Shown here piece after piece: positions 26,290-38,640 of a DNA stretch of 64,000 nt (its first letter is position 1; every line of letters begins with the position of its first letter). Made by a program: the position numbers and the translations under genes. Source of the stretch: Epiperipatus broadwayi (taxonomy: Eukaryota; Animalia; Onychophora); contig JAQFVV010000002.1 of assembly GCA_028023455.1 (NCBI GenBank), forward strand, positions 30,194,001-30,258,000. Reading direction: 5' to 3'. Below the pieces are notes generated by a model. The model saw nothing but the letters and a program-made list of their open reading frames with translations. It was not told where the DNA came from and did not search any database.

Positions 26290-26465
26290 ATTGCTCAGGA
26301 GTTCGTAAGTTTGAGCACCAGAATTGCTTCTGGGACCGCCCGATCCTAAGTCAGACACTTTACCAACTGTGCCAAACTGCACAGGCTAAAAAGTCATATG
26401 GCTTTGTTTCTTGGGAATTTGTAAGAAATTTGATCTGAAATCAACCGCTCTGCCAACTGCGCAGA
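26290..26465 (-). repeat. tRNA-derived SINE head remnants (similar remnants ~39113-39165 and ~42780-43030, minus)
   Basis: A-box-like TGGCACAGTTGG and TGCGCAGTTGG on minus; B-box-like GGTTCAAATC / TGTTCAAATCCC in the other remnants. Confidence 0.4.
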
Positions 26466-27364
26466 GCATTGTTCAGATTAAAGTGTTTTATGCAATCTAC
26501 TAAATAAAAACCATCGTTAAGCATTATTTTTTTGTTACAAAAACTTCCGTTATAGCTTTTTTGCTACTGAGAGCAAAAATGTTCAACCATATATATGTAA
26601 TAATTGTTCGCTTGTATTTGGGAATAGATCATGATTCCCTAGTAAATAATTCAGCCGATTTACTTAGGAAGGCTGTTCAGTGAAATGAAGTTATTAATGT
26701 TTCAATAAAGATATACCATGTAGTCACGTAGACAGTAGTTATAAATCAGTAAAGAAACTAGACTGTAGATTTCAATATTTTATTTACAAAAACTGGATAT
26801 TTTGCTGAGAAAAATGTTATGATACTATAAATTAACAGCAATAAAATACTATGGATCACCATTCATAAAGCTTACTACACAATGAATAATTAATGAATAC
26901 CAGAAAGCACTGTGGAAACAGATCTCTAAACTTTCATTACTAAAGAGCATCTTCCAGCTATCCTTCCTTTTATTATATTTTTTAAGCAGAAGAGTGCAAA
27001 GCTGGATGATATTATAATCCATCATTATCCACTGATGAGATATAATATCCAAAAAACTATACTGGGCATTCGGTTGGTATTACTCTCTGATTTCTATTGA
27101 TTTTATTCTTGTTTACATAAATGAATCTATAATAGTGATATTAGTGATTAAGCCAATGCACATGCGCTTTAAAGATAAATTATAAATGAATATTCTCACT
27201 TTTCCAGACACAAGATATAGTTTTTTTTAGAAAAGATGGAATGAATCCACCTAGAACAAAGTCTATAGAGTAATCATGTGAAGTGTTGTTTTTGTTATGT
27301 TATTATAAATAGTAAAAAAATACTTCCAACTAAATAAACATTCAAAATGTAAAAGTACCAAAGT

Positions 27365-28318
27365 TACCAGTGTATGGGATGCTGCTGAATACAAGATGCA
27401 CCCTTTTTATACACTTTTTTAAGAAAAAAAATATTTTTCTACCATAATGATTTATTCTACTAATTTTATAGTTATTTGTGTCTACAAAACATGTAAGTAG
27501 GGAACACTGTTGTTAGGTACCTTTTAATCTTCATCCTCAAAACCCAGAAATTCTTCTTTAGAGCTAAACATTTTGAAGATTGTTTTATTTCTTAACCTTA
27601 TGCTATTTACTTTGTGGATAGATTTATATTTTTCTGAGAACATTTTTATATATATTTTAACCATTTAATTTATAAATAATTTTTTAAAAATTATGAGAAT
27701 ATTAAATTATTTTGAATGCTTTGCTCTAATATTGATATGATTATGAGAGTATACATATTTTAGTAGGACTATGTTATATGGCTAGATATAGCTTATATAC
27801 ATTTGTATTTGTAAATATTTTTTTATTTTGCAAAAGAATAAAATGCCTGCATAATTATATATATATATATGTGTGCATTTGGGCTGGATATATTGCTAGA
27901 AGAGATGATAGTAGATGGACAATTGAAATTTTAAACCGGATTCCAAGAGATTGTAAAAGACCCAGAAAGAGATCACATGTGAGATGGATCGATGAAATAA
28001 GAAAGTGTGCAGGGGTGATGTGGGGAAGATAAGCTAAAGATCGGAGAAGATGGATTGAACTTGGAGAGACCTTCATCCTGCAGTGGATTGATAATGGTTG
28101 ATGATGATGATGTGTATTTGTAAATAGTTTTTGTGTTTCACAAAAGGACAAAATGCAATAGAATACTTATGTATGTGATTAATATAAACCAGAAGTTTTA
28201 AAAAGACCGACTAAAATTTCAACTCATAATTTTGATTACCGCTGCATAAGTTGCACCCCGAATTTTAGGTGTATTTTGAGGTAAAAAAAAGAGTATGTTA
28301 TACTTCGGCAAATGTGTA
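27365..28318. mobile_element. pogo/Tc1-mariner-like MITE interrupted by an RTE fragment
   Basis: Colinear with 41207-41858 along its length apart from the insertion. Confidence 0.7.
27879..28112 (+). mobile_element. RTE-clade LINE 3' end nested in a MITE
   Basis: WAGYIARRDDSRWTIEIL..IPRDCKRPRKR peptide, (TGA)n tail. Confidence 0.88.
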
Positions 28319-28811
28319 TATAGTAATAATAACAACTTTTAGTTCAGTCTCTCTTTTCAAAATAAGTAAAATAGTTTGCAAAGCAAATGAACTAACTTGA
28401 TATAAATTAAGCCTATATTGTGAAATTGAGTTATTTATTAGCTTTGAATAAAAAAGCTACAACATAAATATAATATCGTGAGTTAACGTACACAAAACTT
28501 TTATTAAAAAGTTTTGTTAGTAGAATCAGTTTATGAGCATGTGTGCTTTAGAATTTTTGAATTTCTATCCATAATAGTAATTATTTTAATCCAACATTAA
28601 AATGAATTTAAAATTTTAGTTAAATTAATATTTTTAAAAAATGAAGCATCAACGTTCTTAATGTATAATTAAAAATCCGTTAGGATTTTTCAGTTCATGC
28701 GTAAACAGACTGCTCTTTATCATGTAAATAATGTTTATTATTAAATTTGTAAAATTAACTCATTTTTTGTTTATCTATGGTTATGTAAATTAACTGATTT
28801 TTTTTAACTAG

Positions 28812-28881
28812 GATACGATTTAGAATATGATGTCACAGAAGAAGGTTTTGGGCATTCAAGGCATCTTCGGTGTCGTGTCAG
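28812..28881 (+). CDS. SLC4A1AP: Kanadaptin exon (YDLEYDVTEEGFGHSRHLRCRVR), phase 1/2, start of the dsRBD-like region
   Basis: tttttaactAG / GTatat. The 70 nt keep phase with both neighbours; resembles human ELEYEFDEQGHSTWLCRVR. Confidence 0.92.
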
Positions 28882-29337
28882 GTATATATATATATATATT
28901 TGTACTGTAGTAAATTTTGGAGTTTATATTCTAGTTTAAAAGTTTTCTTTTTCTAATGCTAATTATACAAATATCTTAATTATCTCTTAGAGAATTAATT
29001 ATCTGAAAGATTCTGGAGTAAGAGACCTATTTTTAAAATTGGTACTGATCATTATATATGTAATGTTCTCAGCCTCAAGTTGAGATAATTAGACAACGGT
29101 GAAATACATACAAGTGATAAAACTTATTAATTATCACTAACAGTTTGCCAGCTTGCTGCTTTTTCTAAACATAATTGATCAGAAATAAATAACCCAGAAA
29201 AATATTATTATCTATTACCAAAAGCAAATAAAATTAATAAGAAATTATTTTGATTTTAGATATTTCAAACTGCATAATTTTATGAAATAAATAAATTACT
29301 GTCAGCATTATCACTAATATTTTTTACAATATATAAT

Positions 29338-29748
29338 AATTTTGTAAGGAATTTGAACTCAGATTTTTAAGCTCCCTACAGCTATCTGCTCCATCTTATA
29401 CAACAGATACACATGGCTACTTACGTGCGAGAAAGATAAATGATCTCCAATATACATGCTGCAGTTGGTCCAGATCATCATCTCCCACACATATATGTAA
29501 TCAGTGCTCAGTTTATAATAAGATAGCAAATCTTCAAACTTTAATGGACAGGTTTCAATCTTCTCCACCTTCATGTGTGGGAGATGATGATCTGAACCAA
29601 CTGATGAGTACTGGTTTAGTACAAAATATTATATTGGAGATCATTTATCTTTCTCACATGTACATGGCCACGTGTATCGGCTGTATAAGATGGAGTGGAT
29701 AGCTATAGGGAGCTTAAAAGTCTGAATTCAAATCCTTTACAAAATTAT
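29338..29748 (+). mobile_element. Family C fold-back copy 2
   Basis: TAATTTTGTAAGGA...TCCTTTACAAAATTA arms; hammerhead motif 29597-29637. Confidence 0.7.
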
Positions 29749-30626
29749 ATTAAGTTCAGTATAGATAACATACTTGTGTTAAATAATATATAATAATTGT
29801 TTTAAAAAAAATGATAAAATATTAATATGTTTGTGCATATGTTTTTATATATGTAAATGTGAGAAATAAAATTAAACATTGGTGTTTTAAATATTTTTAA
29901 AATATGACTCATTGTATAAAGGGGAAATTTTCTTAAACTAATTGTCTACCACATAATTGGGAGTGTAGGATATTTAGAGAGATTTTTTTAAAAGTGTGTG
30001 TGTGTGTTTGGCAATTAAAAAAAAAAAACCAGAATAGTTTTTTTTTAATTTAAAAAATGTTTTTGGAATGTAAACTTGTAGAACCATTGAATCTTATATT
30101 AAGCTATAATATTTATTCGACTAAATGTGTGTTAACTTAAATCATTATAAATATTGAGATTTATTTAATTATCAAATCGTAAGCGAAGGATAAAAAGCAC
30201 TTTTAATCAACTAGCATTAACTCATAATTCTGGAAATCCAAAAACTTATTAATGCAAGATTATAAGTTGGTTATCTTCAGGGATTGGATTTATTAAATAA
30301 TGGATATTATAAGAAATGTTTTTTTGATATTGTAAACATTTATTATGACGGAATAACATGCTCTCAAACTTATGTAAAGCCTTACAGAATAAAAGGCTAT
30401 ATTTATTACATATATGTATGTATTTACAAGAGAATATAAATATTAATAGTCCTACAAAAGATCATTAAATGAATAATAAATTATTATACTTTGACATACC
30501 TTTGTCAAACTTTTTGCATTCGTAAGTCTAATACCAGTCTCATCATATAAACATATTAATTATTATTTACTACATATGGAACATGTATATTAATAAATAT
30601 TAAAAAGCTTGTTAAAGTAAATAAAC

Positions 30627-30867
30627 ATCACATGATCACCATTTGCTATGCTTGCTTATAACTGTTATTAAAACAGGCAAAACTCTCTATACGTATTGCC
30701 ACTCAAGGCTCCTCACTGACGAAGGCCATAAGCCAGAAACTAATCTGGGAATATTAGATGGGTAGGCACTAGATGGGGATTTTATGCACAAGCCTTCTGG
30801 CATCCATTGATTACTCTGGCTTGCACTGAGTGGCAATACGTATAGAGAGTTTTGCCTGTTTTAATAA
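30627..30867 (+). mobile_element. Family B fold-back copy 4
   Basis: Tail plus antisense arm, then sense core with hammerhead 30710-30751; flanking repeat CTTGTTAAAGTAA (30608-30620, 30868-30880). Confidence 0.8.
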
Positions 30868-31779
30868 CTTGTTAAAGTAATTCTTGATTTTTTTTTAAAA
30901 AAGTTAATAATGTTGGCCTGTAATTGGACATAAGATAAATTGGTCTCTTGTCCGTAAGTACTACAAATTTAACCATATCTGCAATCAAAGAAATCATTTA
31001 TTCTAATCTAAATATAAAAATTGGCAATATGAATACAAACAGTTAAAAATGATTATACATTTTTAATTTGCATACATATGTATTCAATTCAAATTATTAA
31101 AGATAGAGAAATGATTTAGTTTTAACATGTCCCAGTAAAATTAAAGGTTTATAATGAAATTTTCATTCATGGAGGGGTATGAAATGGAGTGATGGGATAG
31201 GAAAGAAAGAAAATCAAAAAAATTATTCCATAACTTCAAAATAAAGTATTAAAATAATACGATGAAAACTAGATTTTATATGAATTCAGGACTAGAACTT
31301 GTAATTCAAGAGCACTTTATAATAATATGTAAGAAATTATCGTTTTGTGTTTATCAATTATTTAAAATAAATAAAATTTTATATACCAAGTGTTTCTAAG
31401 TAAATGAAGAAGAAAAACTTTTATTTGCAAAATTGTAGCCTAATTGTCTTAAAGGATTTAAATTGTTGGAACATCTAAGATTAACTCTTAATTCCTTTCC
31501 ATCAAGGCCAGATGATTATTCACTATGCATATAAAGAGAAGTTTCCATTATATTTTACTTCCTTATTTGCTTTCTTGTTTACATCTATCAATCCTATAGA
31601 CATTTTCATCAAGTTAAGAGAAGCCATTAGCGGCAACTGAAGGATTTATCCAAGATAAGATATCTTGAACAACAGAAAACAGTTCATAACTTGTCAATAA
31701 TATTATATGATCCTAAAATGATTAAACATCAGATGATCAACATTCTTTATGCTTACATAAGCTATTTACACAGAGACTA

Positions 31780-31938
31780 AACTCTCTACAGTAGTGCCAC
31801 TCAGCAACAAGCTAGAAACTAGTCTGGGGATATTGAATGAGTAGGCACTACATAGGGATTTTATGCACAAATCTTCCTGCATTCATTGATTACTCCGACT
31901 TGCACTCACTAGCGATACTGATGGAGAGTTTGACCTCT
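31780..31938 (+). mobile_element. Family B internally deleted copy 5
   Basis: Arm fragment joined to ACAAGCTAGAAACTAGTCTGGGG (3' half of the hammerhead only). Confidence 0.65.
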
Positions 31939-32714
31939 GTGTATCCTAAAATGATATATCATGATGATTCAAAGTCTCTATAATTGCCTTACTAAGTTTG
32001 CTTTCTGGGTTGTATATTTACAATAATGTAACTTGAAATAATATGAAGAACATCTTGTAGCCTTCTGTTTTTAAACAACTGCTTATCTTATCATGAAGCC
32101 AATTTGTTCCAAGAAATGCATAAAATGATATTCAAATTCACCTATATTTGAAGCCATAGTACCAACAAAAACTGAATTTACCAAATATAATCAAGAAATA
32201 CTGAAATATTTAGAAGAAAGGATATTATAATTCAATTTGGGCACACGTACTATATTATTTTTGATATATTTTTGTTTAGAGGCTTAAAGAATATATTTTG
32301 GATATAATTTTGAATTTTAAATTACATTAATTACACTTGGTTAAATTCATGAATTTTACAAGATAGCTTGTTGATAATCACTATCACTCAATTAAAGGAT
32401 ATATATTTTTATATTTGTAATTTAAATGCATCAGACTAGTAAATCACGGTAATCTTGATTTTAGGTGTAATCATATTTATATTACTAAATATTGTCATAT
32501 TGTTAATTAATTACTCTAATTACTTAAATATTATTTTTATTAATGTGTTATTGAAATTATTCTTTTTTTTATGCTTTACATTTATCTCTATTCATATATT
32601 CTACATGTATGTATGCTTGTATGTCATTGATACTAGGAGAATTATGTTCTTAGTCCTTTGATATGCACTTTGGTCCATGAACTAGAATGAATTGTGATAT
32701 AAGCATTGACATTC

Positions 32715-34058
32715 ATGTGATGTGATGTGATGTGATGTACTGTAGCTTCTCCTTAAAGGGAGTCAAGAATCTCTTAACAATTATGCCCTGAGAAACCTGT
32801 TAGCCACTTTATTTTCCATTCCCCAGTCTAAGTTTTCCCATATTCTGCTCCATCCCAATTACACAACATAATCTTTGTCAACTCTATGGCCTTTATATCT
32901 AAATCCCCCTTATCTTTTCCCAAACCCAGCATAAAAACCAATAATTCACTTTCTGTATAATCACTTTCTTCATATTTATTCTTCCATAACTTCATTATAT
33001 GTGCCCTTTCTGTTTTCAAGCATTTACATTCAATTAACAGATGCCTAATATTTTCTATTCCTTCCTTACATAATTTACAGACTAAATCACCCATATTTTT
33101 CCACTTATATGTATATTCTCTTGTTGCTTAAGATCCCGTTCGAGCCTTAAACAATAAACTACTTTCCTTACTATTATCATATATTAACTCGCACCTAATA
33201 TTCTGTTTACTTCTATATATATTTAAACTCTTTTTACTCTCCATACTAGTTCTCCATCTCTCTAACTCCCTATTCTTTATTAATAAATCTATTCTTTTAT
33301 CCCATTTCTTACCATTATAACACTCAACAATCCTCCTAACACAATCATCCCATCTTTTGTACAAATATACTTATATAAATTCTTTATCCAAATCTTTTGC
33401 ATACCACATTACCTTCTCACCCATCTTGTTGCCTGCCCTTTACTCATAACCCAATTAAATACTATTTTGGTTATTCTTTTATTATTCATAAACTGCAATC
33501 TACCAAACATTTTCATTTTACTTTTTGCATCTCTCATATGAAAACTTGACCATCCCATTTCTCCTTGAATTGCCTCCCTTGCTGTCTATACATCTGCATT
33601 CAATGCATGTCTTCCTACTTCCCTTTGAACTTTTTCTAAATAATCTAATACCCCTTTACTAACACATAATGCATCATCACCATATGTTAACCCTGCTACT
33701 GCAACTTCCTTCCATATAATTCTATCTACATCATATTTATTATATGAAAACACTGTTAATTTCTTTATCAATCCTTTTCTTTTCTTTGCTTCATTTATCA
33801 ATTTTTTCTCCCATTCATCCAAATAATTTTTCTGATTACTTAAAATAATTCCCAAATAACTATATCTATTCACCACACTTAACTTAATATCTCCCAATAA
33901 AAATTCTACATCTTTTCTTTCCCTAGTATTAACCATCATTATATTTGATCTTTTTTTTACTAAATTTAATTCCCATCTCTTTACCCATGTCCTCAGCATA
34001 ACTTCCATATCTTCTCTTCTTTCTGCACACAAAAATATATCACAAAAAGAGACCCAGA
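32715..34058 (-). mobile_element. 5'-truncated non-LTR retrotransposon: RT C-terminal part, CCHC knuckle, (CACAT)n tail
   Basis: ORF-track pieces with YSYLGIILS (RT thumb) and CKLCKEGIENIRHLLIECK; tail reads (ATGTG)n on plus at ~32718-32738; several stops and frameshifts. Confidence 0.85.
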
Positions 34059-34721
34059 TGTATATATATATATATTAATAATCAGGACGTCTATGCATCT
34101 TTAAAAATATATTAATAATCATAATTAATATATTAGTATAAATTTTAATTATTTTATTTGAAGAGATTTATAAGATCTTAATTTTTAGTTAAAGTTATTT
34201 AATATTAAAAAAATGACTTGTATAGATCATATGTATGTTTTAAAATATAAGTGCTGAAAAATATATATGAGACTGAAGGTCTAAATTCATATTTAAATGT
34301 TTATATTTAGAGTCTGTTGTTTTATTGTTAAAAATAATTGCAAGCACAACACACATGTATTTGGCGACGCAATATATAAGAATTAATTTTGTCAGTAATG
34401 ATATAGATATTTTGTTTATTTCAATATATTAAGGCATAAGTAAAGCATATATTGTGGATTATGTTATAGATGTTTTATTTGGTTCAGTACATTTTTATTA
34501 GTTGAGAGCAGTTGTCTAACGGTGGATAAGCCAGGGTTTGGCCTGATCTTGTTTGCCACTCCAAGTGAACTTTTTGTTGCCACCCCATATTTTGGTACTT
34601 ATGTCAGATTATTAAAAGTTGAAAATTTTTATTTAAATTTATCTGAAACAAAAAAGAAAATAAAGTGGAATCCTAAATTTTTTATTTGGAAAAAAAAAAA
34701 TACAATATATATTATTATATT

Positions 34722-35100
34722 GGTAATAAATTGAGAGGTTGCCAATCTCTCGCATTCGCCTACTGTTGCTTCTCAGACAGCCAATCAGATGTTATGACAG
34801 CAGTCTGAAGAGCGTTCAAGCTGCAACACATGACAGAGTTTTTGATAAGAAAAGGATGGTCCCATCCTCTACTCTACTTAACTTTTTATATATATAAGCC
34901 AGTCTTAAGCATCTTGGCTTGAAAGTGTGAAGCTATAAATATCTTCATGTATTACTCACTGAGTCATCCTTTTCTTGTCAAAAACTCTGTCGTGTTGCGG
35001 CTTGATCTCTCTTCAGACTACTGTCATAACATCTGATTGGCTGTCTGAGAAGCAACAGTAGGCACATGCGAGAGATTGGAAACATCTCAATTTATTACTG
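34722..35100. mobile_element. Fold-back element family 3
   Basis: GTAATAAATTGAG...CTCAATTTATTAC with ~130-bp arms. Confidence 0.7.
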
Positions 35101-36216
35101 ATTTAACAACAATATGCGATTTGCACAATAATATTATTATTATATTAAAAAAATAAAAGAAGAAAATAAAAGATTTTAAAAACATCTCTCAGCTTCCTTG
35201 GATGCAAAATTTCACAACAGCTGTGTGAAATTGAGAGTTTTAGCTATCGTCAATATTATTATCATTGTTTATTTCCTAAAATAAGTTGAAATGTATTCTG
35301 GTAGTAACTGTCTGGTAAATGTATGAGTTGATCTTAATTAAAAATTGATGAGAATAACTCTAATATTTAACACTAGTCACAAACATCTTGGCTTCGGTTA
35401 GGTTTTTAAGAGACTATTCTAAAAATTTATGAATAATTTTTCAAGGATTAACTTTTTGCACTTTATTTTAAAATGGGATTGTTACTGTATTTTGGTTAGT
35501 GTAGCAATTTCTTAACTCAAGCTTATTATCCATTACTTAAGATTACTTCGTTAAATATTTTTGGTTACTAATTTTTCTGCTGATTTTTTTCTTATCTTCT
35601 TTGTCTTATGGACTTTATTGGTGTTGTTATGGAAATGTTAAATGATTGTAATTATTATTTTCATTTTTAAAATTATTTTATTTTTTATTTAACATTATGA
35701 AATTATATTTAATCCCCGTCGATATAAAGATTTACTTCAAAGCTTTCCCTTCACTGAAATTTGTAAAACTGTTTTACAAATTATATGTTGGCATTTTTGA
35801 ATTATATATTTTAATGAAATCTGTCAATATTTTTTAAATGCTAAGCAATAGGTATTTTTTATTTTTGAGATTTTTATATATATATATATAATCAATTACT
35901 TATTAAATTGTATCTGTATTGTTTCAACCAATTTTTACTAAGTAATGATTTATGTTTAAGTAAATAACTCAGAGTATATGAACCTGAACAGGAAGTAACG
36001 AAAGTTTCCAATGAGTTATATCGTATTTGCAATCCTGTCATAACCATCCATCAGCCCAGAAGGCAGACCAATGGTAGGATTGCAAATGTGATATAACTCA
36101 TTGGAAGCTTTAGTTTCTACCCGTTTAGTTAAATCATGTGTTAATATATTTTTTATCATTAGTACTGTTTTGTGATAGAAGTTAATATTTATCATATTAT
36201 TCCTTTTCCGTTGAAG

Positions 36217-36359
36217 GTTACCAATTGAAAATTCTTCTGGTGAACTTATATATGCAGAATCTGTAGTTTCCGGGAAGAAAAAAGAAGCTATAGCTGCATG
36301 TGCTCTAGAAGCCTGTCGTATTCTTGATTCTCAAGGTCTTTTGAGACAAGCAACACATG
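36217..36359 (+). CDS. SLC4A1AP: Kanadaptin exon ([47 protein letters not shown]), phase 2/1
   Basis: ttccgttgaAG / GTaata. [21 protein letters not shown] is the conserved kanadaptin motif. Confidence 0.96.
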
Positions 36360-36595
36360 GTAATAATGTTATCTTTATTACTATTATTATCATATACTGT
36401 TTCTTTTTTCTTGAGTTTTATATATATATTGTTTAAATGATCATAACTTATTAAAAAGTCATCCAGTATCTTTTTTTATTTTATTTCTTTTATTACCTCT
36501 TTAGTTTATTAGTTTTTAAATATTTTCTCTTCTATCATTTCTTTTCTTATTATTTATATAGTTTGTTGGTTTTCTTAATAATGTTTTCTTTATAT

Positions 36596-36872
36596 TAAAA
36601 CAGGCAAAACTCTCCATACAGTAGTGCCCCTCAGTGCCAATCAGAGTAATCAATGGATTTCAGAAGGCTTGTGCATAAAATCTCCATCTAGTGCCTATTC
36701 GTCCAATATCCCAAGACTAGTTTCTGGTTTGTGGCCTTCATCAGTGAGGAACTTTGGATCTGAGAGCACTGCATCCATTGATTACTCTGGTTAGCACTGA
36801 GTGGCACTACTGTATGGAGAGTTTGTCCGTTTTAATAACAGTTATGTGCTAGCATAAGAAATGGTGATCATG
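36596..36872 (-). mobile_element. Family B fold-back copy 6
   Basis: Arms plus tail; hammerhead 36709-36750 on minus; flanking TAATG(C)TTTTCTTTATAT (36579-36595, 36873-36890). Confidence 0.8.
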
Positions 36873-37936
36873 TAATGCTTTTCTTTATATATATATATTC
36901 AGTTCTTCTTTTTTTATTTTTTAATTTTAATTCATAGTTTATGTGTTTGTTTTTTTTTTTTTGCATTTTTTAAAATTTTAGCAACATAATTAATAATATT
37001 GGTCATATAATTATAATGTCGTTAAAACGTGTATATTTTACCTTGAGATATTTGAATAAACATTTAATCAGTTTGAAAACTGATTAGAGTTTTCATATTC
37101 AGCCATAACGTCTTGGGAGAAATTAGTATTACACACTGTACGATAATAATGTGACTTAATCATATCAGCATATCCTTTCAGATGACCCCCCTCCCTCCTC
37201 TCTTTTTTAAAACCCTTATACTCCAACACAAATATTATAAAAAAAAAAATAATCACCAACATATTTTTTTTTTTTTAAAAAACCACTCATCATCTGGTTT
37301 ATAATAATTTTTTTTTTTTAAATAATATATTATAAGTTTAAAAAATTTTTTAATAAATATAAAAATAAGATTATTTTGGTTTTTTTTATTTTTTTTTTTT
37401 TATATTTTTGGGTGTGTTTGGTTGTTTTGAGATGGGGGGGGGGTTGGTGGTGTTGTAGGAATTTTTTCTTAAAATTTAAAATATAAAAAAAAATAAAAAA
37501 AAATAGAATGATTATGTTTTTTATTATCATATCAGCATATATAAATTATTTTATTTATATTCTTTAATTTCTATGTAAAATTATTTTATCACTTGAATTT
37601 TTCGCCTTAATACAATATAAGCGAGAGCAGTCTTTTTTATTCTAGTGCCATCTTTTATAAGCTTGACTTATCTATGCTTACCTGATTGCTGGTTTTTGCC
37701 TTTATCAATGAGAATTTTGAATTTAAAGTTGGAATATACAATTATTCTTCTGAAAGCACTTTTACCACTTTTTTAAAATTAAAATATATGAAATTAAAAG
37801 GCTATGAAATTTTTAAAAAAGTTAGGATTTTGATTTTTTGAATTTCACATTGTTAATTTGATAGTTAAGAAAGGTGTTAAAGGTGATGTACAAAGCATAA
37901 CTTCATTGAACTAACTTCTAATCATATATATATGTT

Positions 37937-38452
37937 GTCAAAATAAGAGTCATAGATCATGTGACCCTATCTCTTAAGCTTGTAAGTTATAAAAACAATG
38001 AGGATTGCCAATTCCTCTACAAGCTTTATGATAAATGCTTAGCCAGAGCCAGAACTTAAAATATCTTTGTCAGGAACCCCTCCCCAAACCCCTGACCATG
38101 GTTTCGTGCTTTGACACTCCTCAGAGAAGTGTCAGGGTAGGTTCAGACACTAGATCTAAAAATACCAACCCAAAGCCAAGCATTTAACTAAGTTATCTAT
38201 TGAGTGGAAAATCTGAAATTTTCAGACATCTATATGTCTTCAAACCCAGCTATCCAACTCAAATAGCTATATGGGGCTGATAGATCTTCAGCCATACCAT
38301 ATATTAGTAGTCTTAGCAATATAAAATTGCATAAGACTTATGGCAGAGACTATAAATAGTCAAAATAAGAGTCATAGATCGTGTGACCCTATCTCTTAAG
38401 CTTGTAAATTATAAAAACAATGAGGATTGCCAATTCCTCTACAAGCTTTATA
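37937..38452 (-). mobile_element. Family 1 element in partial tandem (422-nt period), retrozyme-like
   Basis: GTCAAAATAAGAGTCATAGATC.TGTGACCC begins at 37937 and again at 38359; hammerhead 38089-38129 on minus. Confidence 0.75.
38089..38129 (-). ncRNA. Type I hammerhead motif (family 1, second copy)
   Basis: CUUCU-CUGAGGA-GUGU caaa GCAC-GAAA-CCAUGG-UC-AGGGG. Confidence 0.85.
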
Positions 38453-38640
38453 TTGCTTATAACACTTCTTTCATATACACTTCAATGCAAACAAATTTTC
38501 TTAAAAACTTCTTTATTTTCCTTACAGTTTCGACTGTCCAGCAGTCTTGATCAGAGCTCTAATCTTCTTCTCTGCTTATTTAAGAAAATTTGTTTGCATT
38601 GAAGTGTATATGAAAGAAGTGTTATAAGCAATATATATAT
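38451..38640 (-). mobile_element. Family F fold-back
   Basis: ~57-bp near-perfect arms; the loop on minus reads CUGAUCA-A-GACUG cugga CAGUC-GAAA-CUG-UA (38520-38557). Confidence 0.65.

Noticed and set aside
1123-36872. Classifying families 1 and B as MITEs
   Set aside because: Variable 10-17 bp TSDs, an asymmetric tail, variable inversion points and internal hammerheads do not fit cut-and-paste TIR elements.
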